Assembly: GCA_965645245.1 (NCBI GenBank)
Contig: OZ287068.1
Location: 186,001-250,000 of the forward strand
Origin: Massalongia carnosa
Lineage: Eukaryota
Reading direction: 5' to 3'
Length of the DNA: 64,000 nucleotides
Every line of letters begins with the position of its first letter. The first letter of the stretch is position 1. Positions 12,501-24,100 of the stretch are shown in pieces. Below the pieces are notes generated by a model. The model saw nothing but the letters and a program-made list of their open reading frames with translations, ran no database searches and was not told the DNA's origin. Both the position numbers and the translations under genes were made by a program.

Positions 12501-13983
12501 CGATTTCGGTACGACTCATACCATACAGGGCCTGACTAGGGGCCTGCGTACCTTCTTTCAGGTTTATGGCATGATCGTAGGGACGGCGGGGGGGCAAGTC
12601 TTCGGATTTCTTCTTCGAGAAGACATCTAGGAATTCGTGGTATTGCTTGGGCAGAAGGGGGGCTGGGTCGACGTTCTTACTTTCTCGGTAAGCGTCTAAC
12701 TCTTCACGAGTTACGGCGGTGGCTAGGGTTAGGGCCTTATTCATCTTAAATAAGGCTAGGTGGATTTCTTTCTCGTGCGGGCTTGCTCGAGATGGCAATG
12801 GTTGGTAGGCTGGGCTGGGTTTTTTGGCTTTTTCGATCAAATCGGGGGCTGAACTAGGTGAGGCTTTCATTACTAGAGGTTCGGGGTTGGTTTTTCCTAG
12901 AAAGAGGTCAATTTCTTTCATGGACAGGGCGAAACTATCGTGGTTTTTCTTCCGAGTCAGTCGATTGAAGGAGATAGCTCCGATTTCGCAGACATTCATC
13001 TGCGGGGTGGTTTTGCGTGCTGCTTGATGAGCACGTCTTTGGGTGGATGTCCGCAATTTGGACGGGCTTCGGTATCGGATTTTCGGGGGGGGAAGCCCTT
13101 GCTGGATTGCATTTTCAATGCGACTGGGTTCATCGGTGGGGTTTTGAGGCTGGGGTTCGGGTTCATTGATTTCGGGTTTGATTAAGGTGAAATCGCGCGG
13201 CGCGGTTTTGAACAAAGGGATGGATTCCTCGATTTTGACGGGATTGTCAGGAATGGAATTTTTGATTGTGGGAATTTCTTCCCCCTCTTCTAGAGAAGTT
13301 ATCGACGTTCTGATAGACGTGTCTTGATTGATAACTTTTCCTAGGGCGTCTTCGAGGATCTCTTCATCCCAGATTTTTCGACTCTCGGCTGGGGTGAGGA
13401 ATTCTTCCTCAACGGCTTGAAGCTTGACGGGGTGGGGGCAACAGTGAGTGAGGCAGTAGGGGGAGGCAAAGGTGAGCGTATTATGCCCAAAATCGGCTAT
13501 GGCGTTATGCCGGCGGAGCCATGGATGGCCCAGGATAATGGGATAATTTTTTAACCCGGTGACATATAGAAAGAGTTTTTCTACATGACCTTCTAGATCC
13601 ATGGTGATTTCGGCCACATGAGTGATATTGCCGGATAGAGCCCTTTGGCCGTCGAATCCTTCGAGCCGGCGGGGATATTTGAGAAGATGAAGGGGAATTT
13701 GGTTAGTATGCGCAAATTTCTCATCGATGAATGAAAAGCCAGATGTACCACAATCAATTAGATTATACGTTCTAATCCTAGATCTAGATAATCGCAAGAT
13801 ACCTGTCATCACCATGTGACTGTCTCTGAACGTCTTATCTGATTCAAACAGCTCCAAAGCGGAGGCTGCGGAAAATCGCGTATTGGATCTCAAAGAGGGG
13901 GAAAAACTGGCCATCAAACATGAGGAAATGAGAAGGGGGGGGAGTCCCTGCACGCGACGATGTGCAGAGACTAGGCTTTTCCC
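9526..13983 (-). CDS. pol: Gypsy-1 Pol (protease-RT-RNase H-integrase-chromodomain), reached by -1 frameshift from gag
   Basis: LIDCG, YLDD, TDASD, HHCC, ISMDYV/SDRG/ERAN motifs and C-terminal chromodomain (KYLVDWEG). Frame is open back to the slippery site. Confidence 0.95.
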   Translation of the reverse strand, partial: GKSLVSAHRRVQGLPPLLISSCLMASFSPSLRSNTRFSAASALELFESDKTFRDSHMVMTGILRLSRSRIRTYNLIDCGTSGFSFIDEKFAHTNQIPLHLLKYPRRLEGFDGQRALSGNITHVAEITMDLEGHVEKLFLYVTGLKNYPIILGHPWLRRHNAIADFGHNTLTFASPYCLTHCCPHPVKLQAVEEEFLTPAESRKIWDEEILEDALGKVINQDTSIRTSITSLEEGEEIPTIKNSIPDNPVKIEESIPLFKTAPRDFTLIKPEINEPEPQPQNPTDEPSRIENAIQQGLPPPKIRYRSPSKLRTSTQRRAHQAARKTTPQMNVCEIGAISFNRLTRKKNHDSFALSMKEIDLFLGKTNPEPLVMKASPSSAPDLIEKAKKPSPAYQPLPSRASPHEKEIHLALFKMNKALTLATAVTREELDAYRESKNVDPAPLLPKQYHEFLDVFSKKKSEDLPPRRPYDHAINLKEGTQAPSQALYGMSRTEIEELRRYLDENLAKGFIRASRSHAASPVMFVKKPGGGLRFCVDYRALNAITIKDRYPLPLIAETLHQLIKAKIFTKIDIIAAFNMLRIREGDEELTAFRTRFGLFESLVLPFGLCNGPASFQHFINDTLHEYLADFCTAYLDDILIYSDNELEHEVHVKKILSRLRDAGLQADITKCKFHVTEIAYLGMIVTTEGIKMDPAKVETVVNWPNLVNVKDVQSFLGFANFYRRFVYGFSDIAGPLTNLTKKETEFLWTDKCQLAFEMLKKAFTSDVILRHFDPDRPIIVETDASDYVSGGILSQYDDDGILHPVAYFSKKHNPAECNYEIYDKELMAIVRCFEEWRPELEGSAFPISVISDHKNLEYFASTKQLSRRQARWSEFLSRFDFKIVYRPGKAGGKPDALTRRSGDLPKEGDDTDERRKFQHQTILKTENLDEEVAKSYLRSILLAPAFLDDADIEEAEPQLDEDLIDPDEDISTELLWEQALTRDQFAPEVLEALRNNERHHNRIQLAECEDRDGILYFRNKKYVPRSDRLRLRIIQLAHDSVAGGHPGRSKCHELVNRSYWWPSMHQSIKRFIRNCHTCRRSKPSRQRYQGWLRPLPPPERRWRDISMDYVGPLTPSTFMGITYRYILVVIDRLSKMRHFIPITSMEVEDAADAFYQNVWKLHGLPEAMVSDRGPQFVSDFWQLMCKRLKIDAKLSTGYHPETDGQTERANATMEHYLRAYVNYMQDDWAQWLPGAEFASNNTDSSSILASPFLANFGQHPRMGFEPEEPLPQDLTAQGRANLVAANQFVNKMQDIDTHLRDEMLMAQASYEATANANRRPCPRYFVGDMVWLSTRNIQTARPTVKLDDRNIGPYRVSKVFSNPLIVQLELPDTVKIHPVFHVNLLQHDANDPLPGQRPEPRDPVIAEDGQREWYVNRVLNSKLDRRFQPPLLKYLVDWEGHPSTWEPFNYLINCQQVIDEYHQAYPNAAGPHLNPCQIPRCQCHEA

Positions 13984-15113
13984 TGATCAATATCAGGGGC
14001 TTCGAGCTCCATGCTCCGAAGGTTGGTTCGCTTGTTGGGACAGTCAGTTGCTGACTTCCCTGGATGCTGCAATTTGCAGTAGAAACACAACTTCCAGTCT
14101 TCGCAGATTTTGCGGACCCCCTCGGTTTTGAGCGATTGGCCTTTCACCGCTGCCATGGCAGAGCTTAGGTCCATGGGGTCGCCAATGAGCAGCGCAGGGG
14201 AGGCGGGAGAAGCGACAGGTGCTTTGGCAGCGGGAGCGACTGTCGGGGGAAGTGCTGATAACGGGTTTGGCTTTTTCGGTGTCGGGGTGATAGTGGTGGT
14301 GTTCGCCTTTGGGGCAATGTGGCGGATCTGCCGAAGGCCACGATCTGTCTCCAACCACATGGTGACGTGCTCGTCGAAGGTGGTTGGTTGCCTTTGGGTT
14401 CCGGGGACCCTATACATTAGGGCTGCGGTCTGGGTTGAATAATTCACATTTGCCTTCATGGCATCGATCAGGCTGGCATCTTCCATCTTGGACCGGTCTT
14501 TTTTCTGCGCAAAAAGGTTGTAGTACTCCTCGAAGCTACTACTTCCCTGTTTGAGGATATCGCGAAGGTATTTGCGAGCATCCTCCTGCTCGTAGGGATT
14601 TCCGCATGCGCGGCGGAGGGCTGATCGCCATTCAGCAAATGAGGTGAGTATGCAAAGGCCATCGACCCTGTACGCATTCATTAGGTTATGAGCCTTTTTG
14701 CCTATGGTGAGTCGGCTTTCGGCATAGGCAATTTTGGCTTGATCGAACGGGTATCGATCATTGTTGACATGCATTCTTTGAATCAGGGACTGCTCCCACG
14801 CATCCAGCTTGACTTCTTCGCCCTCATACTCCGTGATGTCCGGGAGCTTTTCGGAGCGGATGAGGGAGTTTTTTGACGCCAGGAGCAGCTGCATCATGGC
14901 CATGATTTGCGGATCCAAGGTAGGGGGGGGTGGATTTGAGATAGGTATGGGCTCGGAAATAGAAGGGGTATTGGCATTGTTGCGAAGTTGGTTTACTTCG
15001 GCTTCTAGGTTGTCCATTTGACTCAGGAATTGCTGAGGGTCTGCCTGAAGACGTTCCTGAATGAATCGAATACGCTTATCCAGCTCGGAGAGGTCCTCTT
15101 CTGCTGAAGACAT
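13971..15113 (-). CDS. gag: Gypsy-1 Gag (380 aa)
   Basis: LKQGSSSFEEY retrotransposon-gag motif, DPMDL, zinc knuckle CFYC...H...C. Confidence 0.93.
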   Translation of the reverse strand: MSSAEEDLSELDKRIRFIQERLQADPQQFLSQMDNLEAEVNQLRNNANTPSISEPIPISNPPPPTLDPQIMAMMQLLLASKNSLIRSEKLPDITEYEGEEVKLDAWEQSLIQRMHVNNDRYPFDQAKIAYAESRLTIGKKAHNLMNAYRVDGLCILTSFAEWRSALRRACGNPYEQEDARKYLRDILKQGSSSFEEYYNLFAQKKDRSKMEDASLIDAMKANVNYSTQTAALMYRVPGTQRQPTTFDEHVTMWLETDRGLRQIRHIAPKANTTTITPTPKKPNPLSALPPTVAPAAKAPVASPASPALLIGDPMDLSSAMAAVKGQSLKTEGVRKICEDWKLCFYCKLQHPGKSATDCPNKRTNLRSMELEAPDIDQGKA

Positions 15114-15923
15114 GATTGAGGGGGAATGAGATAAAGGGAGATGAGGGAAAATGCTATGGAAGGCACTTTTGAATGTTGGTCGAACGTAATGTCACGAAAT
15201 CAGGTCGAGGGCAAGGGCAAAGGCAAGGTGGGTTGATGGTCAAGCTTATTGATTGAGTCTATAGCTATGAATCTAGGCTAGGCTAGGTTGGCTATTCAAG
15301 ACGTTCGACAAAGAATCAGAACTTCCATGATTCGACTTCTTTCTTATATCTTTGTCCTCCCATATTCATCTTTCTAGGGTGGCGGCGAATGATGTCTAGT
15401 CAGTGCGATGATGAATGAGGGGCATTATAGCGGCAATAAGCACGATGGGGTCAGCGAGGAGACGGGAGATGTCAAACATCAATGCGAAGCTATTAGACAT
15501 GATAATAGTCGAAAGACGGGAATAAATCATCAATGCGAGGCTGATTAATGATCAGTAATCGGCGAATTCGAAGAATGATATGAGGGTCCCGAAGGCATGG
15601 CACGACGTCCGTGAGTAGTCATCAGATCAAGGCACGTGATAGAGGCACGTGGTGAGGTCGGAGGCATTTCATGACAATATCTTCCAGCCACTTCTATTTA
15701 CTAATAAATCATTAGTGATCCGGAACCCATGCGAGGTACAATGCTTTGAAATCATTGAGTATTAGAAATCAGATATATGGCATAGAAAGAAATAGCATCT
15801 GAAAGATCGAGGCCTCGGTTATTAGTCCAAAATCACGTGCTTTTCCTTCAACAGGATCTTACTTCGGGAATTGGCTTGAACCACGGTCTATTAATATCGA
15901 CATACCCCCCCAGATTTAGCATA

Positions 15924-16030
15924 CTATGCTGAAGCTGCTTCCAGACCTTGATTAGCCAATATGACTGATATGTCAGTCAAATGCAGCTGTTTGATGAAAT
16001 CGTCATGTTTCTGACGAGGTAAGACCTTGG
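15924..16030 (-). pseudogene. displaced C-terminus of the Copia A polyprotein
   Basis: Removing Copia B restores ADGFTK|VLPRQKHDDFIKQL...ASA*. Confidence 0.9.
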
Positions 16031-19000
16031 TATGAAATATAAATTCACTTTGTAGGTATAGTAGCATGATTGTCATTGAAGGTAATTATCTATGTGGGCT
16101 ATTTGTCTGCTTTATATAGCAGTTACAAAACAGTCACATCTAGGAGGTCAGACCTTGTCCCCCTGACGGTCAGACCTTGTCTCCCATCTCTGCTTGTTTA
16201 GGCACTTTGCAAGGCACCTCCCGAGGCTCATGATGGATGCCCATGATGATGGTGGCCTCTTCATCTAATATCCAACACTCCCATTCAGCCATCTTGAGGC
16301 TCTCCGGATATTTTTGCCTCTTTGGGTTTAGCCCATGCCATGCATTGACTTAAAGTCCTCAAAGGGTTTAGCGGCCAGTGGCTTTGTAAGTCCATCTGCC
16401 ACCATCTCTGTGGTAGGGATAAACTTGATGCTTACCCTTCCCAATTCAACCACCTCCCTGATCCAATGCCATTTGATTTCGATGTGCTTGGTTCCACGGT
16501 GGAATTCGGGGTTTTCAGCCAATGCAATTGACCCTTGATTGTCCCCTCGAAGTAGGACAGGGGTGTCCTTCTTCCGATATCCTAACTCGGCCAGAAATCG
16601 CGCGCACCAAATGGCCTCTTTAGCTGCTTCCGTCAGGGCCATATATTCGGCCTCGCAGGTGGATAGGGCGACGGTAGGTTGTAGCTTGGAACAGTGGGAA
16701 ATTGGGGCGCCTGCTAACAAAAACGTATAAGCCCCGGTCGATTTTCTCCCATCTTTCGTTCCAGCATAATCGGAGTCCGAGTATCCCACAATGTCATCGT
16801 CGGTGTCTTTTCTAAACACGAGGCCTGTATTTAGGGTACTGGATATATAGCGCATAATGCGCTGAAGATATTTGCAGTGTAATGGGCCTGGGTTCGAACA
16901 ATATCGACTCAGTACTCCCACTGCATAAGCGATGTCGAGGCGTGTATGCATGGCTGGCCACATCAGCGAGCCCACCACCGACTGGTACCAGGCAATTGTT
17001 TCCTTGTCGGCCTGGTCTTCCGACGGCATGAGTGTGTTTCCGGCACCGGGGTCCATGGGGGTGGAAATGGGCCTGCAGTCGACTATATTAAATCGCTGCA
17101 GCACCTTCTTCAGGTAAGTTGTTTGTCGAAGAGTTAGAACCGATTTTTCGATGTTGACATCGACTTCGATTCCCAGATAATGGGAGACTTCTCCCAAGTC
17201 CGTCATGCGGAAACGGGACTTCAATTCGTGTTGCAATTGCTGCAATTTTGAAGTGTCTTTTCCGAAGATGAGAAGGTCGTCAACGTAAATCGCTATAAAG
17301 ATATCGTCCGATACAAAGACTCCATGATCCGAATCTGTTCGTTTAAACCCCATCTTTTGCAGAAAATCCTGCAAGGTCTGGTACCATACACGAGGGGGTT
17401 GTTTTAGGCCATATAGGGCCTTTCGTAGTAAGCAGACCTTGTTCTCCCCTTTTCGAACAAGGTGGGTTATATGACATATATGGCTTCATCTAGGAAGCCA
17501 TACAGGAAAGCAGTCACCACATCCATGTGATGAATGGACAGTCCCTTCTTTACACTGATTCCCATCAATGCCTTATAAGAGACTGGTTTTACCACTGTGG
17601 CAAAGGTGTCGAGGTAGTCCAGGCCTTCCTTTTGTTTATAGCCATGAACTACCCATCTCGCTTTGTACTTCAGTACTTTCCCATCTCTGTCTTTCTTTAT
17701 TTTGAACACCCAGCGACTGGTGATCACCTTTCGATCAGTCGGTGCCCTTTCTAGTGTCCAAGTTTCATTCTCCACTAGCGATTGATACTCGGTCTCCATG
17801 GCCTTTCTCCATTGATCCCAGTGGGGTGAGGACATAGCCTCTTTCAGTGTCAAAGGATCATCGAGGCCCTCATTGTCCTCGCCTCCTGCCAGGGTTGCTA
17901 GCACCCGCACCATGTGCTCATGGGATTTCGGGACCTGGTTTGAACTGAATACGGTGTTGATGCTGGGACGAATGTTCTCCAGTGCTCTTTGGCTGGGGAC
18001 CCTTATTCGTCCAGATCTTCGAGGTTCGATGGGCTGGCGAGGAATGTCCTCCACTTCATCGGAGTCACTCTCCCCCCATTCTCCTCTTCTCGGCCTCCCC
18101 CCGAAGCATTTACTCCCATTTGATGTAGCACTATCCGTGGTGTTGGTGGGGCCGTTTCATTTTGAACTTCCGAACTTCTCGATATTTCAGAGCTCGGAGT
18201 TTTCGGAGACAACGAAGATGGCGGATTATGACTTTTGTTTTCATCAACAAAATCATCTGGGTCATCAAACAAAGCATCATCGTCTCCCTCCCATGGAATG
18301 TCGGCTAGGTCCCAGGCCTTTTTGTCCTTGGAATCATATATATTGCTTTCGTCGACGGTGATATCGCGACAAACATGGACTTTTCCAATGAGAGGATCGT
18401 AAATTCGATACTGATTGTTTCCTTCATACCCAACAAATATCCCCTGCCAGGACCTATCGTCCAGCTTCTTGCGCTTCTCTTTTGGGATATGTACCCACAT
18501 CCTAGCCCCGACCGTTCTCATGTGGCCGAGGAAGGGTTTCGCATTATTCATGCGTTCATATGAAGTGACCTCGTCAACCCCGGGACTTCTATTCTTGATG
18601 TACCCGGCCGTCTTCAGGACCTCCCCCCAAAGGGACTTTGGGAGCTTTTTAGCCTTCATCATGGACCGAGTGGGGACCATGAGGGTATAATTTTGCCTTT
18701 CGGCCTTCCCATTCTGTTCTGGCACATTTGGTGCCCGGGCCTCCCACTGGATGCCTTCACTCTTTAGGAATTCCTGGAAGTCACCACTGGTGTACTCCCC
18801 TCCTCCATCAGCTCGGAGTCTCTTTATTTTCTTTCCCGATTGATTTTCTATCCATGTCTTGAACTGCTTAAAACATTCGAAGGTTTGACCCTTTGTTTTC
18901 AGCAGGTAGATCCACACTACCCCGGAGAAGTCGTCTTTCATCGTAGCATAAAAACGTTCACCGAACCTTGTCAGTGGAAATGGTCCCCTTAAGTCGCTAT

Positions 19001-21109
19001 GCACTATTCCGAGAAATTCTGTTGCTCGGGTTCGTGGAGTGCGATTTATTTTCCGCTGTTGTCTTCCCATCATGCATGAGCCGCATACTTCTTCTGGTAT
19101 GGGTCCTTCGATGGTGACTCCATTGGCTAAATGATTTAATTTTAGGAGGTTTGGGTAGCTGAGATGGCCGAGTCGTTCGTGCCATGTTTGGATAGGGGCC
19201 TTTGTACCGTTTGTGGTGGTAAGGGTCCGTGCTTCGGTAGGGCTAATAGTGGTTGTCTGCAAAACATACTGATTATTTATTGTTTTGGCCAGTCCAACCA
19301 CCTTTCCTTTATGCACCAGTTGAGCGGGCTTGTCATCCGCCATCAGGTACGTTGATATGCCCTTTTTGCCGAGTTGTATTGTGCTGATGAGGTTGAATTT
19401 TAGGTCGGGGGCGAAAAGGACGTTGGTCAAAATGAGGTCCGTTACGCCTCCATTTCCATTGTCCAGTGATACGAGTAGAGAGCCTTTCCCCTCTGTCGAT
19501 AACACCTCTCCGGAACCTGTTTCTAAACAGCTATTTTCGCTCCGAAAGGTCCCTTCTTGAAAGAGATCTTTATTGCATATAATGTGCGCGGTGGCACCGG
19601 AGTCGATCAATAGATCGTGGGCATTCTTGGGACCTCGGTACAAATTTGCCATACAAATAAGCGGTGTTTCCTGGGTTCTTTTCCCGGAACATTCCCTTAT
19701 TGTACAAACTATTTGGGGGTTTGAGGTTTCATTACCTTCTTTGCTTTCACAAACGCGTTCCAGATGGCCAATCTTACTACACTTCCTACATGTAGCGTTG
19801 CTATGCCTGCATTTTCCGGAGTGATTATAACCACAGCATTTGCATTTGGTCTTACCCTGTTCGGTGGGGTTCTTCTTCCCCTTTGCCTTCAGCATGTTAG
19901 CTACGGCGATAGGGTCCTGGCGCATACGAGCCTCCTCGTCCTCCAGGTTTTTTAGTAAGTCATCCAACGCCGGGAATTTGTCCTCCCGCCGAGCTTGTTC
20001 GTTCAGGATGGTCAGGTAGGTGTTGAATGAACTGCCGAGTCCATTGAGGAGTTTGAGCACTACAATGTGCTTAACGGTCAGGGCCATGTCGGTGATTTCG
20101 GCCTTGATATCCCTGACTAGGCTACCATACTCCTCGATGGTCTTGCATTTTTCATAGTTTATCTCCTCCAGCCGGTTGAATGTGCTCCATTTTGCACTCC
20201 AATTTCTGAGGGTGTATCGGGTTTTCAGGTGTTCCCAAAGGTCCTTCGGGTCCCAGATGCCCCCACTGGCTAGGTCTCTCATCGACAAGAATTCCTGTTG
20301 CACGTCATCTGTGCACATCTTGCCTATTTTACCAACTACTCTCCTTTGTTTCTCCGAGAACTCTAGGCGTTCAAAATCCCGTTTGTCCCGCTTTTCTAGC
20401 TATTCCTCTGTTTCCTCCGGGGGTGTCTCATCAGCTTTTTGAGGTGGAGGGGGAATTTCTCGAGGCATTTTCCGAGCACCAGTCACGTAGTTCCAAAGTT
20501 CCGCCTCCTGCAGGGCGAAGGCCATGTCTCTGGACCATTTCTTATAGTTTCCACTCCCCATTAGCTTTGGGAATGTGTATAGACTCTCCCCTTTGGCCAT
20601 CGTGCTTAGGAGTAGGGGTTACTGAGCGGGGAAAAAAAGAGGGTCCCTTTGGTTGCTTGGATTTTTGAAGTGGGATATGAAAAGGAATATATATATAATA
20701 TAAAATGAGGTAGGTGGAAGAGGTGGAGGTGAGTTTGTTTGACAATCAATGTAGGGGCTTATTCAAACGTAGTAGAAGTGAGCCGGGCTCATAACCTATG
20801 AAATATAAATTCACTTTGTAGGTATAGTAGCATGATTGTCATTGAAGGTAATTATCTATGTGGGCTATTTGTCTGCTTTATATAGCAGTTACAAAACAGT
20901 CACATCTAGGAGGTCAGACCTTGTCCCCCTGACGGTCAGACCTTGTCCTCCTGGCGGTCAGACCTTGTCCTCCTGACGGTCAGACCTTGTCCCCCTGACG
21001 GTCAGACCTTGTCTCCCATCTCTGCTTGTTTAGGCACTTTGCAAGGCACCTCCCGAGGCTCATGATGGATGCCCATGATGATGGTGGCCTCATCATCTAA
21101 CATCCAACA
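16031..21109 (-). mobile_element. Ty1/Copia element B inserted in the RNase H region of Copia A
   Basis: LTRs 16031-16277 and 20797-21109; TSD CTTGG; PBS 20781-20796; PPT adjacent to 16277. Confidence 0.95.
16328..20600 (-). pseudogene. Copia B gag-pol, disrupted
   Basis: Zn knuckles, DSGA, WHERLGH, integrase core, YVDD, ADGLTK. Stops at 20400-20402 and 17467-17469; frameshifts near 18100 and 17450. Confidence 0.92.
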
Positions 21110-24100
21110 CTTGGTAAATCCGTCGGCAGGCATTTCCGCTGTGGGCATCCAACTGACGTTTATACGACCAGCTTGAACTTCTTGCCTTAACCAGTGACGA
21201 TGTATATCCACATGCCGAAGCTTAGTATCTAGCTTCAACATCTCTTTATCTAGGATTCTGAGGGTCTGGCGATTATCGCACCGAATGTGCAACTTTTCCA
21301 TGGGATTGAACCGAATGGCTTGAAAAAACCGTTTCCACCACATAGCTTCCTTGGCGGTCCGAGACAGGGCTAGCAACTCGGCTTCAGTGCTCGATGTGGT
21401 GACCGTGGCTTGTTTAGCTGCTCGCCAGTCTATTGGTCCACCATACAGCTGAAAAAGGTAACCATCGGAGCTTCTTCGAGTCAACTCATCATCAGCAAAC
21501 GCTGCATCGCTAGCACACATCAGAATGTCAGTTTTCTGATGACCGTTATATTCTATAGCCAGGTTTTTAGTCCCATTTAGATAAGCAATAACCCGATCGG
21601 CCGCAGACAGATGATCCGGGCACGGGTTTTGTAAGAATTGAGCTAATTTTGCAGTTGCAAATGCTATATCGGGCCGGGATATTACCGCTGCGAAGTTCAA
21701 TGAACCTACCCGTTGCTGGTACGCATATATACGTTGACTGTCTGCTTTTTGCTCGTTTTCATTGGCTGGAGGCACCACTGTCAGTGGTGTTTTCGCGGTT
21801 TCCCCGTGCTGATTAAATTTCGCAGCCATTTTGGTAATGTATGAGTCCTGACATAACCATATCTTCTTATTTGCTCGGTCTCGGGTAATCCTTATACCGA
21901 GAAACCATTTCAATTCCCCTAGAGCATGCATTTCGAATCGTTTCAGGAGAGCTTTCTCAAATTCTTGTAATTTGTCCGAATTATGCTTCCTGCATATGAC
22001 CACAATGTCATCGACATAGAAGAATAGGATAATCCACTCATTGGCAAATAGACAGTTGACCCCTGGGACTGGCGCTAGTCCGAGTTCCTCTAGGGCCATG
22101 GTTAGGAGCTTATACCATAGAATCGGTGCTTGTTTTAATCCGTACAGAGCTTTTCTAAGCTTCCAACAGTTTCCGGGCTTGTCAAAACCTTCTGGACACT
22201 CACAAAAGATTTCCTCATCAATCGGGCTATTTATGAAAGCACTGACCGCATCATACTGGTAGATATCAAGGTCAAATGCAGCTGAAATAGCCATTAGAGC
22301 TCGAAACGTTCTCGCTGCCAATGTTGCAGCATACGTATCTTGCTGAGTCATCTGAAGATCTCCTCGTACACATAGACGGGCCTTGAATTTCTCAACATAG
22401 CCGTCGGTGTCATGCTTATACTTAAATACCCAGGTGAGTGGTATCCGGTCCTGTCCCTGAACTTTTTCCACTAGCTCGTACGTACCACGCTTTTCAAGCT
22501 CGGTGAGCTCTTTGATGGCCGCTAGCTGGAATTCCTGCGAAAAACGGTGATGGAGCATCTGCCTCCAATATCGGGGCTCCACCGGGATCTCATCCCGATG
22601 GAATTTCTTCAAGGTTCCGACCTGTGGCCGTTCTAGGCCGACCGAAAACGCTGCATGGAACGGGGTTAACTTGCTGACTGATGCCAGCGCAATTGCATAT
22701 GCCTGTTTCCTTGATCTAGTGTTCCTGGCAATTGATTCATCCGTTGTCTCTACCACCCGAGGCGTCCGTCTCGGCCTAGCCGACTGTCTCGGCTGGCTCG
22801 GTCCGTCCTCGGTTGATTGAACACCTGGCATTCCTTGAACGTCCGGCTCGGAGCTTATTTGAACGTCCGATTGCAGAGTCTTTTCCAAACCATCACGCTC
22901 CGGTGTCTTTTCAGGGGTAGGTAAGTGAGGATTGTTTTCCATATCGGTATGAGGAAACATGGTCTTTTCTGACGTTTCTGTTTCACTAGGTTGATTGGTT
23001 GTTTGGTCCAATCTCGGACCTACCTCCTCATCGTCTTGCTCAATCATCACTCCTGCAAAGGATGTTTCGGGCACTTCCAACACCTGAATCACGTTTTCCA
23101 CGGTTATGTTTAATAAATGTCCTATATCGAGCTCATTGGGCTCATAGAATCTTGTCTTATCAAACATTACATCCCTGGTCCGGATGACTTTCATACGGCT
23201 GGGAATCCATATTCGAAAGATGTTAGTGGAGTCGTACCCCACCAGGTATCCAATAAAAGCCCTTGGTTCGAGCTTCTCTTTCCTGGGAATCACCTGATTA
23301 AGCGGGAACGCTCGACAACCATACGGCTGCAGGTGAGATAGTTTCGGTTTTTCCCCGGTTAATTTATCTATTGGTGTTTTCCACCCTAGCATCTTCTTCG
23401 GGGTCCGGTTATTTAGATAACCAACCGTTTTGAATATTTCTGGCCACATACTAGCTGGCAAATTTGCTGCTATGCGCAGGGCCCGCGCTCGGATCACCAG
23501 TACCCCCCCAGATCGCTCGGTTTGACCGTTTTGTGCTGGAGTATATGGGGCCGATCTTTCGGTGGTGATACCTCTCATTTTCATGAACTCGGCGAATTCT
23601 AAGCCGAGGGTTCGCTCGTCGTCTGTTCGAAAAAACCGAACGGTCTGATCGTATCTAGTCTTGGTCATTTTCAGGAATTCCTCGATCACCCCTAGAGCAT
23701 CATTTTTTCGAGTATGGGTGTAGACGAAGTCCATACTGGTATAAAAACACCTGAAGTGGCTCACCCAGTTGTCCCCGTTGTATGCTTCAGTCAGCTGAAT
23801 AAGGTCATACCCTACTCGACCGAGCGGAAAATTCGCTGGCTCTTCCTGTCCCGAACGTCTCGAGATCAGGTGATGGGCTTTGGTCAGCGAGCATGTCTCG
23901 CATTGCATCGTATTCGGTGCTGACTCGGGTACTGTTACCTTAACTCCATCTACCCCCTTTTCGAGGTGAGAAATTGTTTCCGGTCCAGGATGACCGAGCA
24001 TCTCGTGCCACTCTTTTCCCGTCGCTATCAATTTCGGTTTCGGACTGGTACTGGCCGCAAGTGCTCTATGCGACCTTACCGTTGGTGGGTTGTCTTCTAT

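Larger units (their letters stand above)
8996..15676 (-). mobile_element. Gypsy-1: full-length, apparently intact chromovirus inserted in the Copia A 3' LTR
   Basis: 487-bp LTRs 8996-9482 and 15190-15676 (one mismatch seen); TSD ATATC; uninterrupted gag and pol. Confidence 0.97.

Noticed and set aside
21002..21109. C-terminus of the 1552-aa ORF
   Set aside because: Read-through into the Copia B LTR; the true end is at 15924-16030.
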